From Callorhinchus milii (taxonomy: Eukaryota): DNA of 64,000 nt. Below are positions 62,996-64,000 of this stretch, in pieces. The notes under the pieces were generated by a model that saw nothing but the letters and a program-made list of their open reading frames with translations, was not told the origin of the DNA and made no database searches. Both the position numbers and the translations under genes were made by a program. The stretch lies in NCBI RefSeq assembly GCF_018977255.1, contig NW_024704742.1:125862001-125926000 (forward strand). The letters are read 5' to 3'. Within the stretch, counting starts at the first letter, position 1; every line of letters starts with the position of its first letter.

Positions 62996-64000
62996 AGCTT
63001 CAACAGAAGCAGAGGGCAATGAACAAGAAATTAGAGTAATTCAGAGGTGACTTGCAGCACAATTAAAGAGATGAGTTGAAGGGATGGGTATTAGGAGCTT
63101 TCTGAATGCAGGGAAAGAGCTGGAAAGGCAAATAGTCTGGGCATTTAGTTCCAGCGGAAAGGGGCTGAAGGCTCAGCCTTCCATGGTAGAAGAGAGAGTG
63201 TGAGACACAAGCAGAAAACCAGGCAGAAGACCGGAAATTATGTGTTGGGATGTAGGGCTGGAGATTGTCATGCTGATTTGAGGCCAAAGAGAAATTTGAA
63301 AACAAGGGCAAAGATCTTGAAATCAATAAGGGAACCAATGGAACTTGGTTGACAAGGCAGGAATGTAAACTCCTTACTTATTTAGCTGCTCACGGTATAG
63401 AGATTTAAATAAATAATTTTCCCAAAAAGGATTGGATATGTGAAGCACACTCATTTAAAGCAATTTTACCTGTAAAACACCATGGCTGAGTTCACTCACC
63501 ATGCTCCTGTACTCTGGAATTACTTGCCATGGCTTCTTTGGTTTGCTGCTTCTCTCCCTGCATTCAGAAAGCTCCTATCCATTGAACTGTGCCACAAATC
63601 ACTCTTGAATTCCCCCCACTTCTTGCTTAGTGTCCACTGCTCCTATTATAACCAGGGACCCACGTCAGGCTTTATACACAAAGAAAACTTTCCAAAAGCC
63701 ACAACCTGACTGGAAAACATTAAATTCTGGCCATTTTATGTATTAAAAATAGGCTGAAATAAAGCACTACACTGTCACCTTTCAAAACCTTAATGGTTCT
63801 CAATGATGGTCAGGGTGTTTTTATTTGATTAATTCCATATGTCTTTGAAGCGTGCATACTTTTGGTAGAATTGTAAAACAAACAAATATGCCCCAAATAA
63901 TAATAATCCTTGCATTTCATCTAGCTCTGTTCATGTCATTAGGGCATCTCAAAGTACTTCAAACAAGATAGTACCCCACGTGAAGGACATATATTTTGTA

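Overview
Non-prokaryotic, repeat-dense vertebrate genomic DNA. The repeat types (Deu-domain tRNA-SINEs, SacSINE1-like and LF-SINE-like elements, L2 and CR1 LINE fragments) point to a cartilaginous fish, possibly a chimaera such as Callorhinchus; this is an inference from remembered family features, not a database result. I recognise no intact protein-coding gene. The longer ORFs are either decayed L2 ORF2 (endonuclease/RT) pieces, their antisense shadows, or microsatellite translations. The window looks like a long intron or gene desert with about 20 copies of one tRNA-Ala-like SINE, more than 20 L2 fragments with (GTT)n tails, CR1 3' ends and one tRNA-Asn(GTT) pseudogene-like copy. Notable structures: a near-identical 0.75-kb duplication with templated scars at both junctions, a candidate non-autonomous Helitron 3' end, a TSD-flanked fold-back element with a decayed hammerhead-like core, multi-level nested insertions, a long degenerate inverted-repeat element, TAAT-rich unique blocks resembling conserved enhancers, and several weak candidate exons. 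Repeat boundaries were read by eye and are approximate. I found no convincing novel multi-gene system.
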